Virus record (IMG/VR): IMGVR_UViG_3300042691_032227
Length of the DNA stretch: 20,000 bases
Direction: 5' to 3' (one strand)
Source of the DNA: an uncultured virus (IMG/VR IMGVR_UViG_3300042691_032227)
Taxonomy: Duplodnaviria > Heunggongvirae > Uroviricota > Caudoviricetes
Shown one piece after another: positions 1 to 8,954 of this stretch; position 1 is the stretch's first letter, and every line of letters starts with the position of its first letter. Below the pieces are notes generated by a model. The model saw only the letters and a list, made by a program, of their open reading frames with translations. It had not been told where the DNA came from and ran no database searches. Position numbers and translations under genes: made by a program.

Positions 1-1813
1 TGAAATTCAGTATGCCACAGATCGTAATAGTTTAAGAGATCGTTTTAATAGATTACGTACCACTTCATATAACCAATATACTAGAGATTTTAATCTATCA
101 TATCAAAGCAGTCGTGTAGAATTATTTCGTGATTATGATACAATGGATATGGATCCGATCTTGGCATCTGCATTAGACATATATGCCGACGAATGTACTA
201 CTAGAGATGAAATGGGAGAAATTCTACAAATCAAATCTACAAATGACGAAATCAAGAATATTCTTCATAATCTATTTTATGACATTCTAAATATAGAATT
301 CAATTTATGGAGTTGGACACGTTGTATGGTAAAATACGGAGATTTTTATCTTCGTTTACATATTAGTCCAGAATATGGTGTTTATTTGGTTGAACCTCTA
401 AGCACATATTATGTTACCCGTGTAGAAAATGCAGCATTAACAAATAAAAACTTTGTAAAGTTTCAAGTTAATCTTCCATATGGTAATAAAATAGAAGATT
501 TGGAAAATTATCAGATAGCACATTTTCGTTTATTGAGTGATAGTAATTTCTTACCATATGGTAAGAGTATGTTGGAAGGTGCTCGTCGTGTTTGGAAACA
601 GTTGAGTTTGATGGAAGACGCAATGTTAATTCATCGTATCATGCGTGCTCCTGAAAAACGTATTTTCAAGGTTGATATTGGTAACATTCCACCTAATGAA
701 GTGGATAACCACATGGAACGTATTATGACTCAAATGAAAAAGGTTCCATATGTAGATCAACAAACGGGTGATTATAACTTACGTTTCAATTTACAAAACA
801 TGGTTGAAGACTTTTTCCTACCAGTTCGTGGTAGTGATAGTGGCACCAGTATTGATAATTTGCCTGGATTGGAATGGACCGGAACAGACGATATCGAATA
901 TCTTCGTAACAAGATGATGGCAGCCCTTAAGATTCCAAAAGCATTCTTGGGATATGACGAAAGTTTAAGTGGTAAAGCTACATTAGCTGCCGAAGATATT
1001 CGTTTTGCTAGAACAATTCAACGTATACAAAGAATTATTGTAAGTGAATTAAATAAGATTGCAGTAATTCATTTATATAGTCAAGGATATCGTGATGAAT
1101 CTTTGGTCGATTTCACTTTAGAGTTAACAAATCCATCTACCATTTTTGAAAAAGAAAAGATAGATGTTTGGAAGAGTAAAGTTGAAGTGTCCAAAGACAT
1201 GCAAGAAAATAAATTCTTTAGCAAAAAATGGATTTATGAAAATGTGTTTGGTTTGAGCGATCAAGATATGATCGAATTACAGAAACAGTTAATTGATGAT
1301 GCTAAGGGCACTTATAGATTTAAACAAATTGAGGAAGAAGGTAACGATCCAGCTATCAATTTCTTGAAATCGTCGGAAAAGAAAGAAGACGGCGGTGGAG
1401 GTGGTGGCGAAGGTGATATGGGCGGAGCTGGTGCTGATATGGGAGGTGTAGAACCAAGTGGATCTGAACCTCCAGCTGGTGAGGGTGAAAAAGGAGGAGA
1501 CGCCGGTGCAGATGACACTTCTAAACCAACTGGTGGCGAATCTAAGCCAGCAGCTCCAAAGTTAGCCGAACGGGATCAAACTGGTAGAAAAGATGCAAGT
1601 AAATATAGGTTTGGTGAAGATCCACTTGGAACACTAGAGAATAACAGACGTAGTGATTTATCAGTAACACACAAGTATAAAAACAAGTCTCCTTTATCAT
1701 TGGAATCTCTAAGAGGATTGACTGATATGTTGAATACGGTGGAAGATGAAAAACAAATTTTAAGAGAAGGAGAAGAAAAATCCTTTATGGATGAAAGAAA
1801 TATAAAAGAATAA
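1..1813 (+). CDS. gp20: T4 gp20-like portal protein, 5' end upstream of the window
   Basis: The frame is open from base 2 (EIQYATDRNSLRDRF...RVELFRDYDTMDMDPILASALDIYADE), so the ATG at 143 is internal. It has portal motifs KQLSLMEDAMLIHRIMRAPEKRIFKVDIGNIP, MVEDFFLPVRG, DDIEYLRNKMMAALKIPKAFL and EDIRFARTIQRIQ. The C-terminal extension is Gly/Glu/Pro-rich. Confidence 0.96.
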   Translation, partial: EIQYATDRNSLRDRFNRLRTTSYNQYTRDFNLSYQSSRVELFRDYDTMDMDPILASALDIYADECTTRDEMGEILQIKSTNDEIKNILHNLFYDILNIEFNLWSWTRCMVKYGDFYLRLHISPEYGVYLVEPLSTYYVTRVENAALTNKNFVKFQVNLPYGNKIEDLENYQIAHFRLLSDSNFLPYGKSMLEGARRVWKQLSLMEDAMLIHRIMRAPEKRIFKVDIGNIPPNEVDNHMERIMTQMKKVPYVDQQTGDYNLRFNLQNMVEDFFLPVRGSDSGTSIDNLPGLEWTGTDDIEYLRNKMMAALKIPKAFLGYDESLSGKATLAAEDIRFARTIQRIQRIIVSELNKIAVIHLYSQGYRDESLVDFTLELTNPSTIFEKEKIDVWKSKVEVSKDMQENKFFSKKWIYENVFGLSDQDMIELQKQLIDDAKGTYRFKQIEEEGNDPAINFLKSSEKKEDGGGGGGEGDMGGAGADMGGVEPSGSEPPAGEGEKGGDAGADDTSKPTGGESKPAAPKLAERDQTGRKDASKYRFGEDPLGTLENNRRSDLSVTHKYKNKSPLSLESLRGLTDMLNTVEDEKQILREGEEKSFMDERNIKE

Positions 1814-1845
1814 ACACAAATCCTATATATTTAAGGAGTTCTGAT

Positions 1846-1858
1846 ATATTTATAAATA
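1846..1858 (+). promoter_or_regulatory. Putative late promoter, ATATTTAT motif overlapping TATAAATA
   Basis: ATATTTATAAATA lies in the gap between the portal and ORF 1870. It contains the recurrent ATATTTAT 8-mer (1846-1853) and the T4 late consensus TATAAATA (1851-1858). Confidence 0.65.
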
Positions 1859-1869
1859 ATATTAATATT

Positions 1870-2754
1870 ATGCATAAGAAAGCAAAACATTCAAAATTCA
1901 AGAATGCTGGAATATTGTTTGAACTTCTTACGCGTCAAATTACTGCAGATATTTTGGCGGGTAGGGATGAGACGTTCACTAAAAATTTGATGTTTAAGTA
2001 CTTCCACGAAAGTAAGGAACTTGGCAAAGAAGCACAGTTATACAATTTTGTACTACAACAAACCAGCAAGGATGCAAACGCAGCAGAACGTATTCTAAAC
2101 GTAGTACTACAAACACGTTCTAAATTAGATGAACGTGAACTAAACAAACAAAAGTACAACGTAATCAAAGAAATAAAAGAAAAGTATAATATTGATGAAT
2201 TTTTGAAGAACAAGATTCCCAATTATAAACTGTACGCTTCTATTTATAAATTATTTGAAAATCAAGCAGAACAAGAAGTTAAATTTGATGTACAAGAATT
2301 GGTAGAGTCGAGAGAATATATTATTGAAAATTTGACCAAAGAAAAGAAGAACAGTGAAGAGAGTTTGGATGTTTATGGAAGTCAAAGTGCAGAAGTAAGA
2401 TTGTTAGCTTATAAGTTCTTGATTGAAAATTTCAATACCAAGTATAGTAATTTGTTACCAGCACAAAAGAAACTACTTAAAGAATATATTACAAATATTA
2501 GCAATTCAAGTAAATTTACTAAATTTGTGAATGAAGAATATAAGAGAGTAAGTCTCATACTAAAAGATACTCTTCAAACAGTTAATTCAGACATTGTAAA
2601 GATTAAGATCACTGAAGTTGTTAATCAATTTACAAATAAAAGCGTTACTGGTGTAGTAAAAGAAAATCAATTAACTTCATTGTTGAATGCATATGAATTG
2701 GTTGAAGAACTTGAAAAGTTAAAGAATGAAGCCACACCTAAGAAAGAAAGTTAA
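1870..2754 (+). CDS. Conserved hypothetical head-module protein (294 aa, helical)
   Basis: Long ORF directly after the portal. The N-terminus KHSKFKNAGILFELLTRQITADIL is recalled as typical of the post-portal gene in uncultured T4-like phages. Confidence 0.8.
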   Translation: MHKKAKHSKFKNAGILFELLTRQITADILAGRDETFTKNLMFKYFHESKELGKEAQLYNFVLQQTSKDANAAERILNVVLQTRSKLDERELNKQKYNVIKEIKEKYNIDEFLKNKIPNYKLYASIYKLFENQAEQEVKFDVQELVESREYIIENLTKEKKNSEESLDVYGSQSAEVRLLAYKFLIENFNTKYSNLLPAQKKLLKEYITNISNSSKFTKFVNEEYKRVSLILKDTLQTVNSDIVKIKITEVVNQFTNKSVTGVVKENQLTSLLNAYELVEELEKLKNEATPKKES

Positions 2755-3694
2755 GGCACTCTTAAATAAATTAAGAGCAAAAAACGAAGCCAGTACTACA
2801 GGTACTATGCCAGTTGCTTCAGGTCCAGTTGCAGTAGGTGGAGATGCAGCTAGAACACCTTTTGCTTTTTCCAAGAGAGGCGCAAGACCAGCTACTTATA
2901 CTCAATTAGGATATAAATTAGCAAAACCAGTTAAAAGAAGTCCTGGTTATAAGTTGGAAAATCAAATGTATAGTGAACCAGCATTTGTTACTCCAGCATT
3001 TAACATTGAGCCGGTTGATACATATATTGATAAAAACGGATTAGTACAACACAACGATCCTAATTTAGATCCTAATTTAATTGGGTATAAACAAGGTAGT
3101 TTGCCGTTTACAGAGGGATTTAATGGATTAAAGTACGAACAAGAAACTCCACAAGCTGTTCAGCCACCTCCACAACAACCATCTACACAGCCTACACAAA
3201 AACCCCAAGCACAACCATCTGTAGATGTAAAGAATTATGATGTGTTGCCTGATTTTACAGCATTTGATACTAAACTAAAAAGTAGTACCGAAACTTTAAA
3301 GAATAATTTACAAAAGACTATTCAAGACAAAATTTTAGGTAAAAAGATTGTTGTAAGAGCTAGTAAAGGATACAAACAACCAGAAACGGATTATACAATC
3401 AATGTTACCGGAGTAGCAATTGATTATTACTATGATAGATATGTTATTATCATTATAGGCCGTGAAGAAAATAAACAGAAAGTTGCTAAGTTCTTTATTA
3501 AGCCTGGATTTTCAATCAAAATATTAGGTTCTGCTGATCTAAAACCTAAAGATAAATATCAAGTAGCTAAATCACAAGCTCTTGTTAATCCACAACAATC
3601 AGCTACACCAACAAATACGGTGACATCGGATGAAGAAGAAACACCTTCTGAACCCGAAGCTGAACAACAACCTTCTACACAACCGAAAGTATAA
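2726..3694 (+). CDS. Hypothetical protein, probable head/core component (322 aa, Pro/Gln-rich linkers)
   Basis: The ORF overlaps the upstream gene by 29 nt and ends 1 nt before the protease ATG. It has a basic leader followed by KNE|ASTTG and two P/Q/T-rich low-complexity segments. Confidence 0.75.
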   Translation: MKPHLRKKVKALLNKLRAKNEASTTGTMPVASGPVAVGGDAARTPFAFSKRGARPATYTQLGYKLAKPVKRSPGYKLENQMYSEPAFVTPAFNIEPVDTYIDKNGLVQHNDPNLDPNLIGYKQGSLPFTEGFNGLKYEQETPQAVQPPPQQPSTQPTQKPQAQPSVDVKNYDVLPDFTAFDTKLKSSTETLKNNLQKTIQDKILGKKIVVRASKGYKQPETDYTINVTGVAIDYYYDRYVIIIIGREENKQKVAKFFIKPGFSIKILGSADLKPKDKYQVAKSQALVNPQQSATPTNTVTSDEEETPSEPEAEQQPSTQPKV

Positions 3695-3695
3695 T

Positions 3696-4298
3696 ATGAA
3701 ACAAGTATTAATTGATGTAATGCCATTTGAGTTTAAAAAGTCCGCCTTGAATGAATCTCTCAAGGACGGAAAATTACTCGTCAGTGGCGTACTACAAAGA
3801 GCGGATGCAAAAAATCAAAACGGCAGAGTTTATCCGGAGGATGTCTTGAAGAGAGAATCTGAAAAATACATGCAGAACTTTGTAAAACAACGTCGTGCTA
3901 TGGGTGAACTTGATCATCCAGAATCTTCAGTCGTTAATTTAAAGAATGTAAGTCACAATATCGTTGATATGGGATGGGACGGTAAAGACTTAGTTGGAAC
4001 CGTTGAAATTTTACCAACACCAAGTGGTAACATTTTAAGAGATTTACTACAATCTGGTATTTTATTGGGAATCAGCAGTCGTGGTCTAGGATCTGTAAAG
4101 AAAGATATGAGAGAAGGTGCTGATGTTGTACAAGATGACTTTGATTTAATTGCCTTTGACTTTGTAAGCAATCCTAGTACACAAGGCGCTTTCATGTATC
4201 CACAAGGTAAGATCAATGAAAGTGTAGAACAAAAAATAATTATTAACCCATATAGTAATGTTGAAAGAATTATCCACAACATTCTATCAGAACTATAA
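3696..4298 (+). CDS. gp21: T4 gp21-like prohead core protease
   Basis: Motifs GVLQRADAKNQNGRVYP, AMGELDHP, NVSH, ILPTPSG, GISSRGLGSV and FDFVSNPSTQGAF. The start is reassigned from 3630 to ATG 3696 (MKQVLIDVMPF), just after the upstream stop. Confidence 0.96.
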   Translation: MKQVLIDVMPFEFKKSALNESLKDGKLLVSGVLQRADAKNQNGRVYPEDVLKRESEKYMQNFVKQRRAMGELDHPESSVVNLKNVSHNIVDMGWDGKDLVGTVEILPTPSGNILRDLLQSGILLGISSRGLGSVKKDMREGADVVQDDFDLIAFDFVSNPSTQGAFMYPQGKINESVEQKIIINPYSNVERIIHNILSEL

Positions 4299-4306
4299 TA
4301 TTTATA
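4298..4306 (+). promoter_or_regulatory. Putative late promoter ATATTTAT(A)
   Basis: The 8-mer ends 5 nt before ATG 4311, and there is no Shine-Dalgarno sequence. Confidence 0.65.
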
Positions 4307-4310
4307 AAGT

Positions 4311-4748
4311 ATGAAATTAAAACATTTACTAGAAAATTCTACTGAACACGCATATACTCCACTTACCGTATATGAAAAGAAGAACATGGTTGAAACCATT
4401 AAGGCTTATAACGAATATCGTAAGGGATTGAAAGCTGATGGAGTTTATGCTACTGCTCAAAAAATAATGGAAGCTGTAAATTTGGCTGAACGTTATGCTT
4501 TGAAAGAATGTGGCGATTGGATGGAAGCTAAGATGGTAGAACGTGATATGAAAGAAATCAAACGTGATGCCGCTAAGATGTACGAAGAAGCACAAAAGAT
4601 GAAAGCCATTGAAAAACAACTAGAAATGTTGTATGAAGAAGTGGGTCGTCGTTTGGAAAGATATTTTGAAATTGCCGACCCAGCACAAATTTCACCACAA
4701 TCAAATGAAGTTAAAGCTTCGTCCACTTCATCGGAATTGAGTCAATAA
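4311..4748 (+). CDS. Hypothetical coiled-coil protein, probable prohead core/internal protein
   Basis: 145-aa helical ORF after the protease with the N-terminal leader MKLKHLLE. Confidence 0.75.
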   Translation: MKLKHLLENSTEHAYTPLTVYEKKNMVETIKAYNEYRKGLKADGVYATAQKIMEAVNLAERYALKECGDWMEAKMVERDMKEIKRDAAKMYEEAQKMKAIEKQLEMLYEEVGRRLERYFEIADPAQISPQSNEVKASSTSSELSQ

Positions 4749-5184
4749 ATTCCAACATTTTATCGAACGTTTCAAAAACGTATTTTCTATTAGTTTCAAT
4801 AACATAACCTTCGTCAGTTTTATAGACGAAGGTTTTTATTTTTTCATTTTCCATTTTAATTGACGGTACTTCAATTTCACTAAACATTTTGTAGTCGTCA
4901 TCAATTCTAAAGTTCATTTCTCCCAATATATCAAGTTCTTTAAAGTCCCAACCATTTGGGTGGTCAATATCTTCCAATTTATAAATCTTTACATCTTCTT
5001 CAAAGTTATCTGTATTGATAAAGTTTATTAATTTTGGACTTTTATGATTATTATAGTTGTTATTTAACGCACGAACATCTGGATTAGAATATGGAGTTTC
5101 ATTTCCGGTTCTCTTGATATTTTTATATGTATCCTTGGATTGATTCATGTGTCTGTTGAAATTAGGATTAAAATTGTATGGCAT
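4711..5184 (-). CDS. Hypothetical protein (157 aa)
   Basis: It starts 1 nt after the stop of the 5186..5779 ORF and has a plausible composition (acidic C-terminal domain). It overlaps ORF 4311 convergently by 38 nt. Confidence 0.7.
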   Translation of the reverse strand: MPYNFNPNFNRHMNQSKDTYKNIKRTGNETPYSNPDVRALNNNYNNHKSPKLINFINTDNFEEDVKIYKLEDIDHPNGWDFKELDILGEMNFRIDDDYKMFSEIEVPSIKMENEKIKTFVYKTDEGYVIETNRKYVFETFDKMLEFIDSIPMKWTKL

Positions 5185-5185
5185 A

Positions 5186-5779
5186 TTAAATGGATCCTAG
5201 GGTTGTATTAATACGATCAATAAAGTCTGCTAGTGTTTTTGTTTTGTCAGCAATATCTTTATCATCAAAACTGTTGCTCAATAAATCGAGAATTTCTTTT
5301 TCAGGTTTGTCTGGAAACGATCTTTCTATAAAACAAGCGTATTTGTATGTACCGTCGTTTTTATCAACTAGTTTTTTAAATACAAATTTTTTGTTTGTAT
5401 TGTTGCTGCTAATTTCGGTATATACTTCATTTGTATTTTTGTTGTTTTTAAATGAAGTTTTGCCGAATCCAGCAAATCCATTTTGTTTATTTTGAAATAC
5501 TTCTAATTCTTTTTCAGAAAACGGCAAACCTACTTGTTTCAATAAATGTTGTTTAAAACTTACATTCTTTATTGATTTTACCTTACTCAAACTATATTCA
5601 TTTTCTTTTATTTGATTAAGAATTTCTTTTAACTTAGTAAAGTCCTTTACACTACTAGGTTTAATTGTACGAGCCATCTTACGTACTTGTGGAGATACTT
5701 CTTTGCTTTTAATTCCACCTTTTTGTAGAGCTCTGACTAGTCTAAAAAGTCTTGCTTGTTTTTCACTTTTTGCAGGCAT
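5186..5779 (-). CDS. Hypothetical protein with a DUF3008-like basic N-terminal module
   Basis: The N-terminus MPAKSEKQARLFRLVRALQKG...VRKMARTIKPSSVKDF resembles the short 'MPAKS..QQ' module (DUF3008-like, from recall). ATATTTAT lies 6 nt upstream on the - strand (5786-5793). Confidence 0.7.
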   Translation of the reverse strand: MPAKSEKQARLFRLVRALQKGGIKSKEVSPQVRKMARTIKPSSVKDFTKLKEILNQIKENEYSLSKVKSIKNVSFKQHLLKQVGLPFSEKELEVFQNKQNGFAGFGKTSFKNNKNTNEVYTEISSNNTNKKFVFKKLVDKNDGTYKYACFIERSFPDKPEKEILDLLSNSFDDKDIADKTKTLADFIDRINTTLGSI

Positions 5780-5824
5780 ATATCAATAAATATAAAATAT
5801 TTCTAATTCTTTCGGTTTTATATT

Positions 5825-5934
5825 ATATTTATTATTCAAATACATCATTCTTTGATGTCACATCATTTTATCTTCTTTGGAGTTCTTCAATAACTTCACC
5901 AACAAATAACAATAAGAAAGGTAGTAATATAACT
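5825..5934 (+). promoter_or_regulatory. Putative late promoter plus about 100-nt leader and RBS of the scaffold-capsid operon
   Basis: ATATTTAT at 5825-5832, two small inverted repeats (5842-5858 and 5877-5902), and AGAAAGG at 5915-5921 before ATG 5935. Confidence 0.55.
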
Positions 5935-7017
5935 ATGAGCGATCTATTAAAAGAAAGCATTGCTGACGCAAAAGCCGTTCGTGAAACAGCTTTGGCAAAT
6001 GCAAAAACTTTCCTTGAAGAAAATTTCGCAGCAAGCATGAAAGAAATGTTTGCCGAAAAACTCAAGGAAGAAATGGCTGAAGAAGCCACAACAGAAGAAG
6101 GCAAGATCGAAGAAAAACTTGCATCTTCTGGTATCGGTAAAGATGATAGCAACATTGCTTCAAAACAACACCCAACCAAGCCATCACCTGCTGCAAGCAA
6201 GAACACAACTCCTGCTGGTAAGCAAGAATTTGATGTAAAGCTTGAAGAAGAAGCTGCTGTAGAAGAAGGTGCAGAAGTAACCAGTGAAGAACTAGATGAA
6301 ATTCTAGCTGAATTGGAAAGTGAAGTATCTGAAGGTTCAGGAGAAGTAGCAGAAGCCCAACCATCTGCTGAAATGGAAGAAGAAATTAGTCTAGATGAAC
6401 TTCTAGCTGAATTGGAAGCCGAAGAAGGTGCTCCAGCCGTTGCTGATCCAGCAGCTGCTCCAGCCCCAGCTCCAGCTCCAACTGCTCCTGTAACAGGACA
6501 AGTTCCTTCACCAGTAGCCGAAGCTAAGAAAGAAGACGAAGAAGAAGAAAAAGACGAAGTAGATGAAGCAGTTTCTACCGAAGAAATGGCAGAAGCTCTA
6601 GTCGCTATCAACGAAGAAAACGAAACTCTTAAGAAACAATTGGGAGAAGCTTTGAATACCGTCAAATACATGAAGGGTGTTCTAGCAGAAACCAACCTAT
6701 TGAATGCTAAGTTGCTTTATACCAACAAGTTGTTCAAGGGTAAGAGTTTGAATGAAGATCAAAAACTTAAGATCATTAACACTTTCGACTTGACCAAGAA
6801 TATTCGTGAAGTCAAGTTGGCATATACAGTTTTGGCCGAATCATTTAATTCCGGTGCATCAGTTGCCAAGAAAAAGACAAATGCAACTGCTCAAACTATC
6901 ACCGAAGGTTTGGCAAGCAAACCAGTATCATCTACTAAGCCTGATTCTACTATCGTAGAACCTCAAGCTGAAGTGATGACTTCAAGATTCCAAAAACTCG
7001 CAGGAATCAAGAAGTAA
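5935..7017 (+). CDS. gp22: Prohead scaffolding/core protein (T4 gp22 equivalent)
   Basis: Very acidic coiled-coil protein immediately upstream of the MCP. Motifs MSDLLKESIADAKAVRETALANAK, a repeated LDE(I/L)LAELE, ETNLLNAKLLYTNKLF and C-terminal RFQKLAGI. The start is reassigned from 5752 to 5935 because of the RBS. Confidence 0.88.
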   Translation: MSDLLKESIADAKAVRETALANAKTFLEENFAASMKEMFAEKLKEEMAEEATTEEGKIEEKLASSGIGKDDSNIASKQHPTKPSPAASKNTTPAGKQEFDVKLEEEAAVEEGAEVTSEELDEILAELESEVSEGSGEVAEAQPSAEMEEEISLDELLAELEAEEGAPAVADPAAAPAPAPAPTAPVTGQVPSPVAEAKKEDEEEEKDEVDEAVSTEEMAEALVAINEENETLKKQLGEALNTVKYMKGVLAETNLLNAKLLYTNKLFKGKSLNEDQKLKIINTFDLTKNIREVKLAYTVLAESFNSGASVAKKKTNATAQTITEGLASKPVSSTKPDSTIVEPQAEVMTSRFQKLAGIKK

Positions 7018-7069
7018 TTAGTTTGCGAGTAAAAACCTAACAGTAATTAAATAAGAAAGAAATAAACAT

Positions 7070-8899
7070 ATGAGTATGGACGTAAAGAGTCTATTGACAA
7101 ACAACATGAATCCACAAGCCAAATTGATGGCCGAAACCCGTGGACTACAAAACAAATGGGAAAAGACAGGCCTTCTAGAAGGTTGCCAAGGTGTTGAAAA
7201 AGCACACATGTCTATCCTTTTGGAAAACCAAGCAAAGCAATTGCTTGACGAAGCAACCACAACTGGTACTTCTACCAGTTCTGAACAATGGGCTGGCGTA
7301 GCTCTTCCATTGGTTCGCCGTGTGTTCGCTGAAATCGCTGCGAAGGAATTCGTAAGCGTTCAACCAATGAACCTACCATCCGGTCTAATTTTCTATTTAG
7401 ACTTCAAGTATGGTACAACCGCTCCAAACCAAGACTTGCGTAACTTGAACAATGGTACCTCAAAGACCACCCGTGCAGGTAAGCAATTGAACGACAGTTT
7501 GTTCGGTGGTACAGGTAAGAAATTGGGTTCAACTGATGCAGCAGTACGTGGTCTATACGGTCAAGGTGCTTATGCATATTCTATCCGTCCAGTAAGTAGC
7601 TCTTTGATTACACTTGCTAAAAGTGCAACCGCTACTTCAATCGGTAACACAATTCAAACAGCTTCATGGAACGACGTTCAATTTGATGCTGAATTGAGTG
7701 CTTCTGTAGTTGCTAAGAAGTTGTTCAAGGTTACCTTGAATCACGGTGATAACGTAACCAGTGGTATCGGTGCTAATGGTTACATGTACAACGTTGATTT
7801 GAACGCAGTACGTTCATTCAACTTGATCTCTGGTTCAACCACTCCAACTTCTCTAAGAAGCAATGGTTTGGTACTAAATACCTACAGCAAGGCAATCAAC
7901 ACTGGTAGTTTAAATACTCCATTCTATCAAACAGTTTACATTGTTTCTGCTTCTAACAGCGCTATCGGCGGTGTAGCAAGCAATGTTAAGTTGATCTATA
8001 GTCTACAACCTACCGATAACCTACGTGGTGATTTCGAAGCTGGTAAGACTTCAGGTGAAGGTTCTGGTACACAAGGTAACGTTGCTACACAAAGCATCGA
8101 TACTGATATCAGTATCCCAGAAGTAAACTTGGTACTAAACAGCGAACCAATCGTTGCTAAGACCCGTAAGTTGAAGGCAGTCTGGACCCCAGAATTGGCT
8201 CAAGACTTGAACGCATATCACTCTATTGATGCAGAAGCAGAATTGACTGCTCTATTGAGTGAATATGTATCTATGGAAATCGATCTCGAAATCCTAGACA
8301 TGTTGAACGAATCCGTTGAAGGTCAAACAACCGAAGCTTGGTCCGCCCAAATCGGTGTTGAATTCAGCAAGGCAATCAACGCAACAACCGGTGAAGCAAT
8401 CTTCACACGTAATGCAAACAGTTCACCAAACCGTACTGCTTACGTAAAGAGCACCTGGTTCCAAACTCTTGGTAACAAGATTCAAAAGGTATCTAACACA
8501 ATCCAAAAATTGACCCTCCGTGGTGGTGCTAACTTCTTGGTCGTAAGTCCAGACGTAGCAACCATCTTGGAATCAATCCCAGGATATGTTGTAAACACTG
8601 ACGGTGATCAAGCTAAGTTCGCAATGGGCGTAAGCCGTGTTGGTAGCTTCGCAAGTCGCTTCCAAGTTTACAAGAACCCATATATGACCGATAACGTTGT
8701 ATTGGTTGGTTTCCGTGGAAACAACTTCCTAGAAACCGGTGCTGTATATGCTCCATATATCCCACTAATCCAAACTCCATTGGTCTATGATCCAGTGAAC
8801 TTCACACCACGTAGAGGTGTAATGACCCGCTACGCTAAGAAGGTAGTACGTCCAGAGTTCTACGGTAAGGTCATCATCGGTGATCTAGACACTGTATAA
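7070..8899 (+). CDS. gp23: T4 gp23-like major capsid protein (609 aa)
   Basis: Motifs KWEKTGLLEG, LPLVRRVF, VSVQPMNLPSGLIFYLDF, AKTRKLKAVWTPELAQDLNAYHSIDAEAELT, YAPYIPL and FTPRRGVMTRY. Codon use looks typical of a highly expressed gene (aac/ttc/atc). Confidence 0.98.
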   Translation: MSMDVKSLLTNNMNPQAKLMAETRGLQNKWEKTGLLEGCQGVEKAHMSILLENQAKQLLDEATTTGTSTSSEQWAGVALPLVRRVFAEIAAKEFVSVQPMNLPSGLIFYLDFKYGTTAPNQDLRNLNNGTSKTTRAGKQLNDSLFGGTGKKLGSTDAAVRGLYGQGAYAYSIRPVSSSLITLAKSATATSIGNTIQTASWNDVQFDAELSASVVAKKLFKVTLNHGDNVTSGIGANGYMYNVDLNAVRSFNLISGSTTPTSLRSNGLVLNTYSKAINTGSLNTPFYQTVYIVSASNSAIGGVASNVKLIYSLQPTDNLRGDFEAGKTSGEGSGTQGNVATQSIDTDISIPEVNLVLNSEPIVAKTRKLKAVWTPELAQDLNAYHSIDAEAELTALLSEYVSMEIDLEILDMLNESVEGQTTEAWSAQIGVEFSKAINATTGEAIFTRNANSSPNRTAYVKSTWFQTLGNKIQKVSNTIQKLTLRGGANFLVVSPDVATILESIPGYVVNTDGDQAKFAMGVSRVGSFASRFQVYKNPYMTDNVVLVGFRGNNFLETGAVYAPYIPLIQTPLVYDPVNFTPRRGVMTRYAKKVVRPEFYGKVIIGDLDTV

Positions 8900-8923
8900 T
8901 CTGAACGATTAGTAAGTTAAATC

Positions 8924-8954
8924 AAACCCTCTACCGAAAGGTAGGGGGTTTTTT
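8924..8954 (+). terminator. Intrinsic terminator after the MCP
   Basis: AAACCCTCTACC-GAAA-GGTAGGGGGTTT forms a 12-bp stem with one G-U pair and a GAAA loop, followed by a T run. It abuts the stop of the convergent Mom-like gene. Confidence 0.92.

Noticed and set aside
5851..5867. CRP- or FNR-like site TTGATgtcacATCAT, tempting given the cyclase
   Set aside because: The spacer is 5 nt rather than the 4 of FNR, and the half-sites do not fit the CRP consensus TGTGA-N6-TCACA.
5868..6695. 275-aa Ser-rich - strand ORF, and similar shadows (1312, 1935, 3953, 4329, 5190, 10601, 10773, 12711 and others)
   Set aside because: These are antisense or alternative-frame shadows of well-supported genes, produced by biased codon use (e.g. 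GAA/GCT runs).
7885..8380. 16-bp direct repeat CAGCAAGGCAATCAAC occurring twice in the MCP
   Set aside because: Both copies encode SKAIN in frame with preferred codons. There is no sign of an intron, intein or mobile element.
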